Shown in pieces: positions 49,620 through 61,587 of a stretch of 64,000 nucleotides of DNA. Numbering within the stretch: the first letter of the stretch is position 1; every line of letters starts with the position of its first letter. The notes beneath the pieces are model-generated. The model was not told the DNA's origin, searched no databases, and was given only the letters and a program-made list of their open reading frames with translations. The translations under genes and the position numbers were made by a program. This DNA is from Lama glama (Eukaryota): assembly GCA_028534125.1 (NCBI GenBank), contig CM052816.1, forward strand, positions 96,412,001 through 96,476,000, given 5' to 3'.

Positions 49620-50030
49620 CTACATAACTAAGTATTCTCTGCTTATTCTACAAGAATATCGGCTCATTATATTTCATTTTTGTCTGGGTGGTATATTCAG
49701 ACAATTTAAAATTCACAAAATATAAATGAATCTACAGTGAAGTATGATTTTATTACAGGTCTGTTTTATGGATATAATCTATTAACATGATCACATTTGC
49801 GAGAATATTTAGGTTGCCTCCCACATTTCGCAATCACCAGCAAAGCTTCTTTGAGAATATTTGCAAATATATCATTTTACACGTATGCAAGCAGATTGAC
49901 AGAATACGTTAGATACAGAATTGTTAGACTGAAGGTCATATGCACTTAACAATTCTGATATATACTTCCAAATTACCTTCCATAGAAGATGCACCAACTT
50001 ACATTATCAGCAGTGTATGAAAGTCTGGCT
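49620..50030 (-). mobile_element. Ancient L1 (L1ME-like) fragment
   Basis: 'atatttaggttgcctcccacatttcgcaatcacc', 'agaattgttagactgaaggtcatatgcactt' and 'tgcaccaacttacattatcagcagtgtatga'. Confidence 0.7.
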
Positions 50031-50394
50031 TAATTTGAAAAAAAATTTTTCTGATCTTTCATAGCAAGAGTTTCAGCCATTCTCCACTTTAGAGAGACTG
50101 CAACACACTCAGTCCATGTATGGGAACTTCCATCTCCTGTGGCATATGCAGAGATGCTGCGAGGGTGCATGGAGCCAACCCTGCTGTGGCAGTTTTGAAA
50201 TTCTTGAATATGCCCCCACAATCATAGTTGGGGGAGCTTTTTCTGGCCTGTTACCATCTCAGGTGTAAGCAGAGATCTGAACCTTTTTGCAGGAGACCTA
50301 TGCTCATTGAAGTATGGGTGGAGTGGAAGGAAAATAAGGTCAAAGAAGATTGCTCTGGGACAGGTGTCTCTGTTGGCATTGTCTAGACAGGGTT

Positions 50395-50540
50395 TTGTTT
50401 GACAGAGCTGGGATGGGGGTGGATGCTAGAAGCCTCTAGTAGGCAGAGATCAAGATGCTTGTAAACGTTCTGCAGGACAGCACTTCACGGCAAAGAATGA
50501 TCTAGCCCCAGACGGCAACAATGCCAGGTCAAGGAGTTCG
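50395..50540. mobile_element. MER20-like hAT element fragment
   Basis: 'ggggtggatgcta..ctctagtaggcagagatcaagatgct..caggacagcac..caaagaatgatctagcccca'. Confidence 0.75.
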
Positions 50541-51387
50541 GATATATATTCACACCCACACATACACACAGTTAAAATTGCTTTTTGACAGAGAAGGAAC
50601 TAGACTGGCTACCAATGGTTGGAGATTAAGAGTAAGGAGAGTGAACATGGACTTGTCCTTCATACAGTATATTTTCCTATGTGTTCAAAAGATTAATACC
50701 TGGCAAATTGTCATCTTACTTCTCTAAATACAAAGCATAACCAGACCCCAAATCCATATAATAATTTTGAGCCAAGTAAAATATGTTATTAATTCATATT
50801 GTGGTCAACAAGGATTTTATTTTTTTAGCAGAATTAACCATTAAATGCTCAAACAATTTTATCTTTAATACATTTCCTCCTTACAGGGAGTTGTACAACT
50901 TTAAACATTTTTTTGGCAACTGGCTTAGTGTTTACCTGTCTTTGTACTTTGGAGGGTTTATTTCCCAATTCCAGTAGGTGAAGAGGCTGTCCTGGTTAGT
51001 TTTTAATTATTATCAGATCTGTGGAATGAGTTGTCATGGTAACAAGATAAAGACTCAGTGAGGAAAAGGTGAAAACAAGAGTTGATCCTGTTTTGTTGCT
51101 GATATACTGAGAGCTGAATTAACCTGGGAAAATACAGCAAAGGTTCAACACAGATTAGCCCTGGCTCTGTTCTACATATTTACACGCATGGTATAAAGCA
51201 TGATTGGTAAGGTCCTTCCCTGTGTTGCAAGACAGTATCCAGAACTGTGCTTTGCACGCCTCAAAGAAGAGACTGAGGTCCCTCTTCCAGATCCTCTCTC
51301 CTGTTTGTTTCCTGAGGTCACCAACCCAGACACCCATTTAAAAGCACCTACTAATTATAAAAAATATATATATCTGAAAATGCTGCA

Positions 51388-51812
51388 GAGTGTATGATTC
51401 CATGTATATGAAATTCTGGAAAAGTCAAAACTATGGAGACAGTGAAAAGATTAGTGGCTGCTAGGGTTTAGAGGTTGGGATGGGGGGCGGATAGGCAGAG
51501 CACAGAGGACTTTTAAGCCAGTGAAAATATTTTGTATAAACTATAATAATGGGTACATATTATACATTTGTTCAAACCCATAGAAAGCAAAGCAACAAGA
51601 GTGAACTATGATGTAAAATATGACATTTGGGTAATTATGATGTGTCAATATAGTCTCACCCGTTGTAACAAATGTACTACCCTGGAGGGGAATGCTGGTA
51701 CTGGAGGAGGCTACGAATATGTGAGAACAGGTGTATTTGGGGAATCTCTGGCCTTCCTCCCAGTTTTGCCTTGAATTTTATTTCCTAAAAAGTTAAGTCT
51801 TAATTGAAAACA
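51388..51812 (+). mobile_element. L1MC1-like 3'UTR
   Basis: 'tgtatgattccatgtatatgaaattctggaaaagtcaaaactatggagacagtgaaaagattagtggctgctaggg' and 'atacatttgttcaaacccatagaa'. Confidence 0.88.
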
Positions 51813-51899
51813 TCATAATAGAATTGAGCCCAAACCAAAAAAATTATGAATTGAGAAGTGGCGAAAACCAATTGATAAGGAAAAAAAAAAGAAAAAAAA

Positions 51900-52055
51900 A
51901 GGTAACTAACTGAGATGATGAATACACTAGTTAGCTTGATTATGTGGATCATTTCTTAATGCATACATGTATCAAAACATCAAGTTGTACACCTTCAATA
52001 GATACAATTCCTGTATGGCAATTTTACCTCAGTAAAGCTGAAAAATTACAAAAAT
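51900..52055 (+). mobile_element. L1MA/MB-like 3' tip
   Basis: 'ttagcttgatt..catacatgtatcaaaacatcaagttgtacacctt..caattttacctcagtaaagctgaaaaa'. Confidence 0.8.
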
Positions 52056-52059
52056 ACAC

Positions 52060-52550
52060 ATCCTTTAAAATTCTTTAGTAGAGATTGACAGACGGTAGTC
52101 TTTTTCAGTTTTTGAGCTATACCTGAAGTATAGCTCACCCTCATTAATGAAATGCAGTGTTGCTCCAAAGACAGTGTCAGGGTGAGATCTGTTTTTTCTC
52201 AGCACTTTGGTGACATAGTTTCCTGCTTTTTGGCTTCTATTTTTTGTGCCTAAGGAGCCATTCCTTATTTCATTAGGTGATTCTTCTATTCTTCTTTTGT
52301 CCTAAGAATGTCCTCCATTTTTTTCTTTTCTTTGGATCTTTTATTATATATGAAAAGGTACATTTTCTTTTTAAAAAAAATCCTTACTGGTATAAACTGT
52401 GATTCTGGTAGATTCATGTATTCCATTCTTGTGAAAAATTCTCAATTGCTTTCTGCTTGAAAATTTCTTCTCTGCCACTATCTTCTTCCTTTCTGGGATT
52501 CTGATTATTCATATGTTAGACTTTTTCAGCCTCTCTCATGGATTTTATCC
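52060..52550 (-). mobile_element. Ancient L1 ORF1-region fragment
   Basis: 'ttttttctcagcactttggtgacatagtttcctgctttttggcttc', 'aaaattctcaattg' and 'tcctttctgggattctgattattcatatgttagac'. Confidence 0.65.
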
Positions 52551-52552
52551 TC

Positions 52553-52980
52553 TGTGACTCAGTGTTTTCTAAAGATGGCACAACATGCTCTTCTGTAACG
52601 TGACCTTGACATTCAACCTGTCTGGTAGTTGGGGACATATATGCTCCCTGGATTTGAAATTGGATTGAGCTTTGTGACTCTCTCAACCACTAGAGCAGAG
52701 AAGATGTGATGCTGACTGACTTCCAAGGCTACGTCATAACAATGACACACTCTTGGAACACCTGCTCTCAGAGCCCAGCCTCCACACCACGAGGAACCCC
52801 AAATGTTTTCTCCTGTGGGATGCACAGATAAAACCCCACGTGTAGAGGTCCTATGCAGTTGGTCTGGCTGTCAGCCCAATGTAAGTACAAGTTGATAGCC
52901 AAGTATTACCCACCAGCCATGTGAGTAAAGATGCTCCCAGATTATTCTAAAGTCACCTCAGTTTTGAGTCTTCCCAGCTG
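52553..52980 (+). mobile_element. MaLR LTR (MLT1F/H-like), 3'-truncated
   Basis: 'ctaaagatggc..ttctgtaacgtgaccttgac', 'tttgtgactctctcaaccactagag..gtgatgctgactgacttccaaggct' and 'gagtcttcccagctg'. Confidence 0.8.
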
Positions 52981-52981
52981 G

Positions 52982-53158
52982 ATGAATGGTACAAACTTCC
53001 AATTATAAGATAAATAAATACTAGGGGTCTGTAATGTACAACATGATTAAAGTAATGAACACTGTTGCATATTATATATGAAAGTTGTTAAGAGAGTCAA
53101 TGCTAAGTGGTCTCATCATGAGGAAATTGTTTTCTTTTATTTTGTATCTATCTGAGAT
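52982..53158 (+). mobile_element. L1MA9/MB1-like 3'UTR fragment
   Basis: 'ggtacaaacttccaattataagataaataaatactagggg..taatgtacaacatga..gaaagttgttaagagagt'. Confidence 0.85.
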
Positions 53159-53809
53159 TTGTGGTTTTGGAATCTGGAAGAAGATGTCAGTGACAGATCT
53201 GGGACACCGGAGGCTTCCAGATAGCACTGGGATTTGAAGGAGAATGCATAGGCTCAAAAACGATGTTGAGACACCAAACGGAGTGGCCCAGGATGATGAA
53301 ACCAGCAACTCCAGCAGAATCCAGGGTGAAAACCCTCTGACATGTTCACTTCCAAGGGCACACTTTAGTAAAAACCACAGCCATTGAAATCACAGAAAGG
53401 ATGTGATAATAAGGGAGGAAATATGGTTTTGGACAGAAGATCTAAGACACAAAATTTTCCTTTGGGGAAAATTGTTGTTTTTGTACTGTATAAACTAGTT
53501 TAAAAGCCAATGAGTATGAACCAATGAACAGTGGAAATTAAAGAAAAAACAGAGTTGGGGTTGGTTAAGGAAATGTAGTCATTGAAATAAGGGCAGGAAA
53601 TTCACATTATAGGGGGGCAGGGACAATATGCAACAGAAGAGAAGGGGGAAGAAATGAGTAGCTACTAAGTGGTCTTGCAGGACGCTGAGAAAGGTCTTAC
53701 TTCATGGCCCCGGTTTACCCTGTTCGTGAGAAGCGAGGCTGCCTTCCTTGAAAGTTAATTGACGAGGGGGACCTGGTAACGCTTTCACCATTTACATGTC
53801 ACATCAAGT

Positions 53810-53985
53810 GTGACTAGCGCTTTCTAGTAATTATCTCTAATCCTTATGGCAACCCTGAAGGAAATGTTATTTTCTCCATTTCACAAGTGAGGAATCTTAA
53901 GCTCTTAGGAGCTCTGAAATTTGCCCAAGCCAAATAAATAGTGGAGGTAGGATTCAAATGCTTGCTGAACCCTACTTCCTCCTTA
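53810..53985 (-). mobile_element. MIR SINE
   Basis: 'atctctaatccttatggcaaccctgaagg..ctccatttcacaagtgaggaatcttaagctc..ttgcccaag..aatagtggaggtaggattcaaa'. Confidence 0.8.
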
Positions 53986-55119
53986 GCTTCCACTTTGGAG
54001 GGGAGCAACGGGTGGAAATAATCATCGTAGTGGGGAGAGGAAACAGCCTTAGGGGATACAGTTACCTGTGGTGAAGCACTGTGGGGCCCATCGATTGTAT
54101 GGGACCCGTTTGTGGTAGTTCCATCCAAATGGTTCTGAATTCCTCCATCCCCGTTGGACTCTGCCTTGTTCTGCTCAACTCCCAGGTGTAGGAGGCAGAT
54201 TATAGCTGGTTATGTTAATCACAGTCAGGGTTTTGGAGAGAAGTTGAAGCAGAAAGACAAGGGCAAAGGAGTCACTAACTTGGTAAGAGAGTGGGTCATG
54301 CAGTACTGTGGAGTCAATGCACCCATCTCTAACAACGCAGAACCCACGGCAAGGGTGCAAACAGATACCCCTCAAACCATGTCACAGGTAACATGTGCAA
54401 ATCAAGCTAGCAATTTGTTCAATAAAATACATTTTATCATTCTACCTTTCCAGATACATTGTTAAAATGACAACATTAAAAAAAGCTATGTTTTTGCATA
54501 ACCAAAAGTCAACAAAATATTAAAACAATTGAAACAAATTATAATTCCCCATGTCTAAGCATTTTATTAGTAAGCTGACAATGTTTGGATAAATAATAAC
54601 ATTAAGACAAAATTACTGTTTTTATAGTAAAGATTTTCACACCAGTGTGTTCACACTTTGTGTGACACAAATTCCCTTTTTATTCTATTGGCGTTAATAA
54701 TCTAAAAGACTAAAAAAGAAATGTAATTGTATTTGAAATATACAAAATTGAATTTATTCTCCTCAAACATCTAAATTAGAGGAAATGTGACAAAAAGTTC
54801 AATTCTTAAGGATTACATATTAAAATTAGAAGGATAGAAACATAATTATTGAATATAACATTTTATGTCAAATTATTTGACACCAAAGTTTTATTTAAGT
54901 TTAAATAATAATTAGTTAAATCCCATTAAATATTTTAAATAATGAAATTATTTCCTAATGTAGCATTCTGCATCCATCTGATTGCCATAATACAAACAGG
55001 TGGCATTTAGACTCTATACATTTAAGAGCATTATTGATTATATGAAGGTAAGATTTAAAAGTACTTTACAAAATATCGTTCAGCCATCATTTGGAAATTG
55101 CAGTAACTTGCTAATTTGT

Positions 55120-55310
55120 GAGTGCTCTCCATGAAAGCTCTCAAGGCTTCTCATTGCACTTGGTCTAAGTCCAGTTCCTTGCCTTGACCCACCAGGTCCT
55201 GCAAGTTGTGGTTTTACCTGCCTCTCCGTATCATCTCACATCACTATCCCCTCACTGCCTACCCTCTCTTTATGCTTCTTCTTGCTCATGGGACTTTCTT
55301 ATCCACTATT
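55120..55310 (+). mobile_element. L2 fragment
   Basis: 'ctctcaaggcttctcattgcacttggtctaagtccagttccttgccttgacccaccaggtcctgca..cctgcctctcc'. Confidence 0.65.
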
Positions 55311-56694
55311 CTGTCATCAAGTCCAGCACAATTATCCAAGATGAAGAGTAAGTCCAAGAATTCTTCAGGGCTTTATTGAGCCCCGATGGTACCAGGAATG
55401 AGGAATGCAGAGATGGAACATGGATGCTGGAATTGCGGCGCTCGCATTCGGGTGCTGGAGCAGAGAGTGCAGGCCAGTGGAATGGGTGAGTCTCAGAAGC
55501 TTGTGGAATGTGATGTGGGCAGCTTAAGTGGATTCCTTGTGGTAAAATCCCCTTGAGGGAGTGCCCATGAGCAGGTCATGGGGGAGCCGGGGGGATTTTT
55601 CAAGAAAGGAAAGAAAGCACAGCCTGGAGGGGGTGGGTCTGCTGGGGCTTGGGGTGGGGGCAGCAGAAAGGTGGTCCTACTTCTCATAGGGCTTCTCGCT
55701 ATTCAGGGCTGACCACTCTGAATAGTGGTGGGAACTGAACGGCAGTGGGAACACCCAGAGGCCCCAGTTATAGAAACTAAACCGTCCTTATGCCTAAGGG
55801 GTCTCCCTTTATAGTTTCATCTCACATCACACAAATTCTTGTGAAGATGCATTCTGCTTCTTAGCATCCCTAAGATTTCAATTGAAAAATGATGCTCTTA
55901 ATATTGTAAGTTTAACTGCCTAACATTTTCTCCAAAGCTTTGAGATAAATCAGTTCTCCTCAGGCTGCGTTTTGCCCGAGATTGCTGCCCACCTCGCGCA
56001 CTCCTGGGCTCAGGCGCCCCAGCTGGGTGACGATGCTGTCAGTGCTCTCTTTTCCTCTCCTCTCCATCATTCCCCAAACCCTGGTGATGTGTTTAAGTCA
56101 GGCTAATTGCATATGTATCAATTGGGGCATGAATGTAACAGTCAATTTGATAAATGGCTGGTTTAGTGAGATCTGATTCTGTTCATTATTCAGACTGCAC
56201 TATCTTTTTGCTTTCCGTGGGGACGTAAAGGAACATCTACTTCACGTCTTTGTTATTCTACGATAAATTGGCATTGCAAACTGTCTGCAAACATGCTGCT
56301 GTTTTCCTAATCAGACTCCATCTTTGGGAGTGAAATGTTCCCCGGAAGAGAAGGAAATGCCCCCCACTTGAAAAGGAGACGTCTAATCTTCTTTTGACGA
56401 TGACAGGTGCACTGATTTCCGTCCCAAGGCGAACAGGACAAACGGTCTCGATTTGTGGGGGTGATACACCTGGCGACAGTTTTTAACAATACATGACAAA
56501 GCAGCTTGAAAATCCTGAGATAATGCTTCTAAGTCCAAAACGGAAGGAAAATATTAGGTACATCGGAGAAACTAGCTGCCAGTTTTCACAGCGGTATTTT
56601 GATTCAAAGATTAGGAAAATTACTCAAGTGATACAGTGAAGGGAAATGAGACACTTCGGTGATTCTCGAGTGTCTTTTGGGTCTTTCTTCCGGT

Positions 56695-57515
56695 ACTCAT
56701 TTATTAAAGAAAAAAAAACCTTCGAAACTTTCACTGAGCATCTGCTTTGTGCCAAGTGCACTCGTGAGGCACTGGGGAAATAACAATTAATTTGCTCAAA
56801 TAATATTTGAGTTTGCAGGTATCGGGCACTGTCTGACTTGATCAAAGAGAACAGATCCCTTTCTCAAGCACCTTAATTCCATTTGGGAGAGGCAGCTTGG
56901 AAACAACAAACAAACACATTAACAAGAACAATGCCAGTAATGATGGAATTTCAACAGAGTTCTGTGATGGGGGGGGGTAGGTGGCTACTTTAGACTGTGT
57001 GAGCAGACAAAATTTTTCCGAAGAGTGGCATTTTAAATTGTGATTCCAGTGACGGGAAGGAGCCAGCTATGTAGACATCAAGCAGGGCTAACGGTCGTTC
57101 CCAAAGTCCTGTCAATGGGCTCTTTGGGAAGGCTCAGGAACCAAGAGGGCTCTCGTGCCGACTGCAGTGGGAGACGGAGAGTGGCGTGGCTGGAGAGTGA
57201 AAAAAATGGCAGAGCCAGACATACAGACCCGCGATGAGCCAGGGTTGACATCTACCCTAAATCTGATAAGTATTCATTAGAAGATTTTAAACAGCAAAGT
57301 GATAGGATCTGATTTGCATTTTTAAAAGATTCATGACTGTTGCATGGAGAACGGAATATGGAATATAGGAGGGAAAGAACGGATGCTCAGGGGATGATGC
57401 TGAGCACATGGGAAGGGACTGCAGAAGTGGGGGCATGTGGAAGGATCCGGGGTGTGTATTAGAGGCGGTGCCAACTGGACCGCCTCATGGATGAACTGGG
57501 GAGGGGAGGACTGAG
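56695..57515 (-). mobile_element. L2a-like 3' region
   Basis: 'cactgagcatctgctttgtgccaag', 'gtggctactttagactg', 'gaaggagccagctatgtaga' and 'aagattttaaacagcaaagtgataggatctgatttgcatttttaaaagat'. Confidence 0.85.
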
Positions 57516-60500
57516 GGAAAGCTCGTCATTTGCTTAGCTCAGCACTGCCGCGCTGCCTCCCCGCCGCACCTCCGCCCGGCACACGCACACACCTGCTTCC
57601 TCAAAGCCTGCCCCGGCTTGTTAGCTGCCAGCACCAAACACGCAGTCGCCCTGGCAGCACTGCAGCCATCCTCGCTTCCTTCCTTTCCTGCACACCTCAC
57701 ATCTGCAGCGCATCTTACATTCAGAATGTTCCAGTCATCCATCCGCTTCTCACAATCCAAGCGCTAATTAAAAATGCAGATCAGATCCTAAGGCAACCGC
57801 AGTGCAGAGGGTTGAGGTCCCTGTCTTCGGAAGGCAGGCCCCTGACACTCATTGGAACCTCGGAGGTGGGTGCGAACACAGCAGCCCAGTCAGCTCTGAC
57901 ACTGCATCCTGGCCCTCTGCAAGCCTTGGGCAGATCCTGGCAGTGTAGACTGATGTCAGATGGGACTGGAGTCCATGCCTGGTTACTACGCAATGGCCTC
58001 TTTGCCCGTCATTGCACAGGCTCAGCTACAGTTTAGTAATGCTCCTGTTACGTTGTGTCAGGATCCTCTATGCTGAATTCTTAGTGCCCTTGAAATTTGT
58101 GTTATTGTCTGTAGTTGGAAGACACGAGGGCATTAACTTCCCCTCACGGCCCCTCTGAAAGGATTTGGCATGTGCCTGGTAGAAACATTCTCTGGGAGAA
58201 GCCCCAGCTGGAGCCTGCATCACTGCATCCTCGCTCCCTTGGTGGACAGGCTGGCCTGAGACCCCCTCCCCTCCCCTCCCCAACACCCACCCCCCAACCT
58301 GCATTAGTCTGGTAAGATTTAAGCACAATTTGCCCTTCATGGCATCTCTACTGAGGTTGAGATTCTAAAAATTCTGACCCCAATTAAGATGTGAAAATTC
58401 TCCTTTTTTAAAAATGTGAAATTTTAGCTGAAGCTCTCAAAGGATTCCTTCGTTTGGCTGTTATCTCTTGACACCTTTCAGTGATCAGGGGGCAGCTTGC
58501 AGACTGCCTATTTGGATGTTTCTAATAGGTTTTCATCACATGTGATTTATTTTTCATGCTGGTGTGAAACCTCTAGCTAGTAAATGTCTGCAAATTAGCC
58601 TAGATAACACATCAGTCCCATAAAAAGAAAAATCATGGACCTCAGTATCAGTCACAACCATGGCTAATTAACTCCCCGCTAATGTTCTCAACAGAAGTTG
58701 TGAAATTACGAGTCTTGGGAGACTCAGCAAACAGTTGTGTTGTGTGGCGCTATCACTTTGTATTTTTTCTCTCTGTCTCTGTCAGGCTAATGGCAGCTCA
58801 GGCAGCACCTGTTAGAAAACAGGAGATACCCGGGGCTTCATCTGGGCTGGTCTGGAGGCAGGCCACCCGCCCTCCCACTGGGGATGCTCTGGGGACGTGT
58901 TGGGACCAACAAGCTCCTGAGCAGATGCTCAGAGTCAGAGATGATCGGAGTGGAAATCACTGATAAATTAGGGAGAGGAACTCGTGCTTCCCAGCGCTCT
59001 GACTTTCATGTTCTGTACAGAACCACTGCCGCGTGCCATGTTTCCAAATTAAACAAAAGGAAAACCTCCCTCAAACACCCAATGCAACACCTTTTCTGGA
59101 GTGGCCTGTGTTCTCCAGATGGTTTCTGAGCAAGGTCCGCAGACATGCAAGCACAGCTTCGTGGAAGAAGAAAAATACCTTAAAGCCATTGCCATAAACT
59201 TTTTTTTCCACTGGAACCTTGACACTAACAAACGGTACTGGGATAATCCCTAAAGGTGAACCCTAGGAAAGATGGATATGATGCATGTTACTGGTGAATG
59301 ATCTTCCTCTCAATGTGAATACGTTTCCTGTTATTTACCCAGAAGAGAAGGAAACAGAGATGACTAGTGATGATTTTGTGAAAGGTGATGTGATAAGAAG
59401 GCGTGCTTGGAGCTGCACATCCTTGTGGTGTTTTCAGTGGCTGCAAGTGCTTTGATAAGGAATATGCAGAGTCAGTCTGAGTGCTGAGCCCTTGGTCCCC
59501 AAACACTCAGTAGCCTGGTCCTCTAGCCACAGAATGAAGGGATATAATGAGGCCACTTGGAACTCACTTAGCCAGTGCCACCTGAGGGCAGATCCCCTCT
59601 CTCCACGTGATCATGCAGACTCTGTCTGAAGAGCTGGGGATGTACTTAAGAAATATCCAATCCAATGCCAGTCAACTCAAAATTTCCAAAACCCGTGACT
59701 TCCTGCAAATTCCTCCCATTGTTTCCAGGTCTATCTTTGGAACCACAGTCCATCTGCATTAACTTTTCATTAACTGAATTCCATATCTATATATTCCTGT
59801 TAAATATTTCCAGTCTCTCTTATTTCATATTAAAGATCAATCATGCATTTTTCACTTGTGACAGGAAGATGTGAAGAAGGCTAGATGATACCTGTCCACA
59901 CACAGTGGACTGCATGAGAAAATAGGAATCCTGTGCTTAGGGAACCTGAATCTTTTAAAATAGGCAATAAACATGCCTACTCTTTGCTTGGAGGGAGACT
60001 CTGTCTTTATTTTGCTACACAGTAAGTAAGTATGTCCTGCCTTCCAACGCTGTTTGCTATACAGAACTTCTTGGAAAGATAGTCCAGAGAGTAAAATCAC
60101 ATACCGTCTGTTCACAAGACTCCCAGAAACTTGAGAAACACACAGAGAATTGTCTCTCAACACCTTGGTTTAATTCTAATGCTGAAATGGATTTACCATT
60201 AATCAAAGATACATGATTATTCACTCAGCCTCCAAACAGCTTTCGTTTGCTTTAGTCACATTCTCTTTTCTCTGTTCACACCTATGAATACTAAGAGTGA
60301 AAATCTGAAATATTTTATTTGCATTAAAAGTGCAAATATGAACATTTCCTCCATACCAGTTAGATTTTATTGTTCAATTTTGATATTAACAGGTGTTGGT
60401 TTTAGTAGTCAGGAGAATGAGCAAAACAAGGCAGTTATGCTGGACTCCAAGAAAGAGGCCAACTGCTTAGCGTTACTGAGTTATACGCCGAAGTTCTGGG

Positions 60501-60813
60501 AACAAGGGGTGACAAATTTAGGTGCAGAGCAGAATTTCCCAAACTTGAGTAACGTTTTCCTTTAAAGTTGAAACAAAATAGCAAGGGTGTGCAATCTCAC
60601 TTTGTAAAAGGCTAACTGAAGTATCAGAAGTCTTATTCTATGAAATAACCTTCAATACAGATTATCAATTTAGAAGAAAAGGTTTTCCTTAATAAAGAAA
60701 AAAAATCAAGACTCTCAATGAGATAAAAAATACAGCATGATAAAGATTTTATAGAATTCTTTTGTCTGAGAAAATGTCTTTCACCCACAGAAACATATAA
60801 GCCACTATCATAT

Positions 60814-61587
60814 TGTTATTTGTAAAAAGAAGTATATATTTTGGTCTTTGTCCCCATTCCTGGCACAGAGCTCCGAAAACCCTTGGAATTTACATTCATA
60901 AAAATACCTTTCAACCTCCCTGAGTTTAAGTCAACCAGGTGACTTTCGAAAAGCACCTAAGGATGGAGCTGGTTACCAGGGGAACCAATCATGTGATCGG
61001 AGGGTTGGAACTTTCAGCCCCTCCCCTTTGACCTCCAGGGAGGGAAGAGGGGCTGAAGATTTAATCAACCATGCCTGTGTAATGAAGACTCCATAAAACC
61101 CCAAAAGGATGGGGTACAGAGAGCTTCCAGGTTGGTGAGCGTGTGGATATTCTGGTAGAGTGGTGCACTTGGAGAGGGCACAGAAGTGCCACACTCTTTC
61201 CCCAGACCTTGCCCTCTGCTCCTCTTCATCTGGCTGTTCCTGAGTCATATCCTTTAATAATAAACCAATAATATAAGAAGTAAAATATTTCTCTGAGTTC
61301 TGGAAGATGCACTAGCACATTAATTGAACCCAGGATGAGGCTGTGGGAACCTCCCAACCACAGCCATTTGGTCAGAAGCTCAGGTCACAACCTGGCCTTT
61401 TGATTTGTATCTGAAATGGAGAGAAGTCTTTTAGGACTGAACCCTTAACCTGTGGAATCTGATGCTGTCTCTGGGTAGACAGTGTCAGAACTGAGTTGAA
61501 TCTTACGATACCCAGCTGCTGTTGGAGAAATGCTTAGTGTAGGGAAAAATCCCACACATCAGAACTGGGTGCAGAATTTTAGCCACA
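60814..61587 (+). mobile_element. ERVL solo LTR, MER21-like (MER21B/C)
   Basis: 'ttggtctttgtccccattcctggcacagagctccgaaaacccttggaatt', 'accaatcatgtgatcggagggttggaactttcagcc' and 'gacagtgtcagaactgagttgaat'. Confidence 0.9.

Noticed and set aside
54638..54670. Small hairpins (cacaccagtgtg; tcacactttgtgtga)
   Set aside because: Stems of 4-6 bp are expected by chance, and there is no pre-miRNA-length structure.
59575..59593. CTCF-like motif gtgccacctgagggcagat
   Set aside because: It has a mismatch at the strongly preferred A of the CCAG core. A single motif is not supportable without data.
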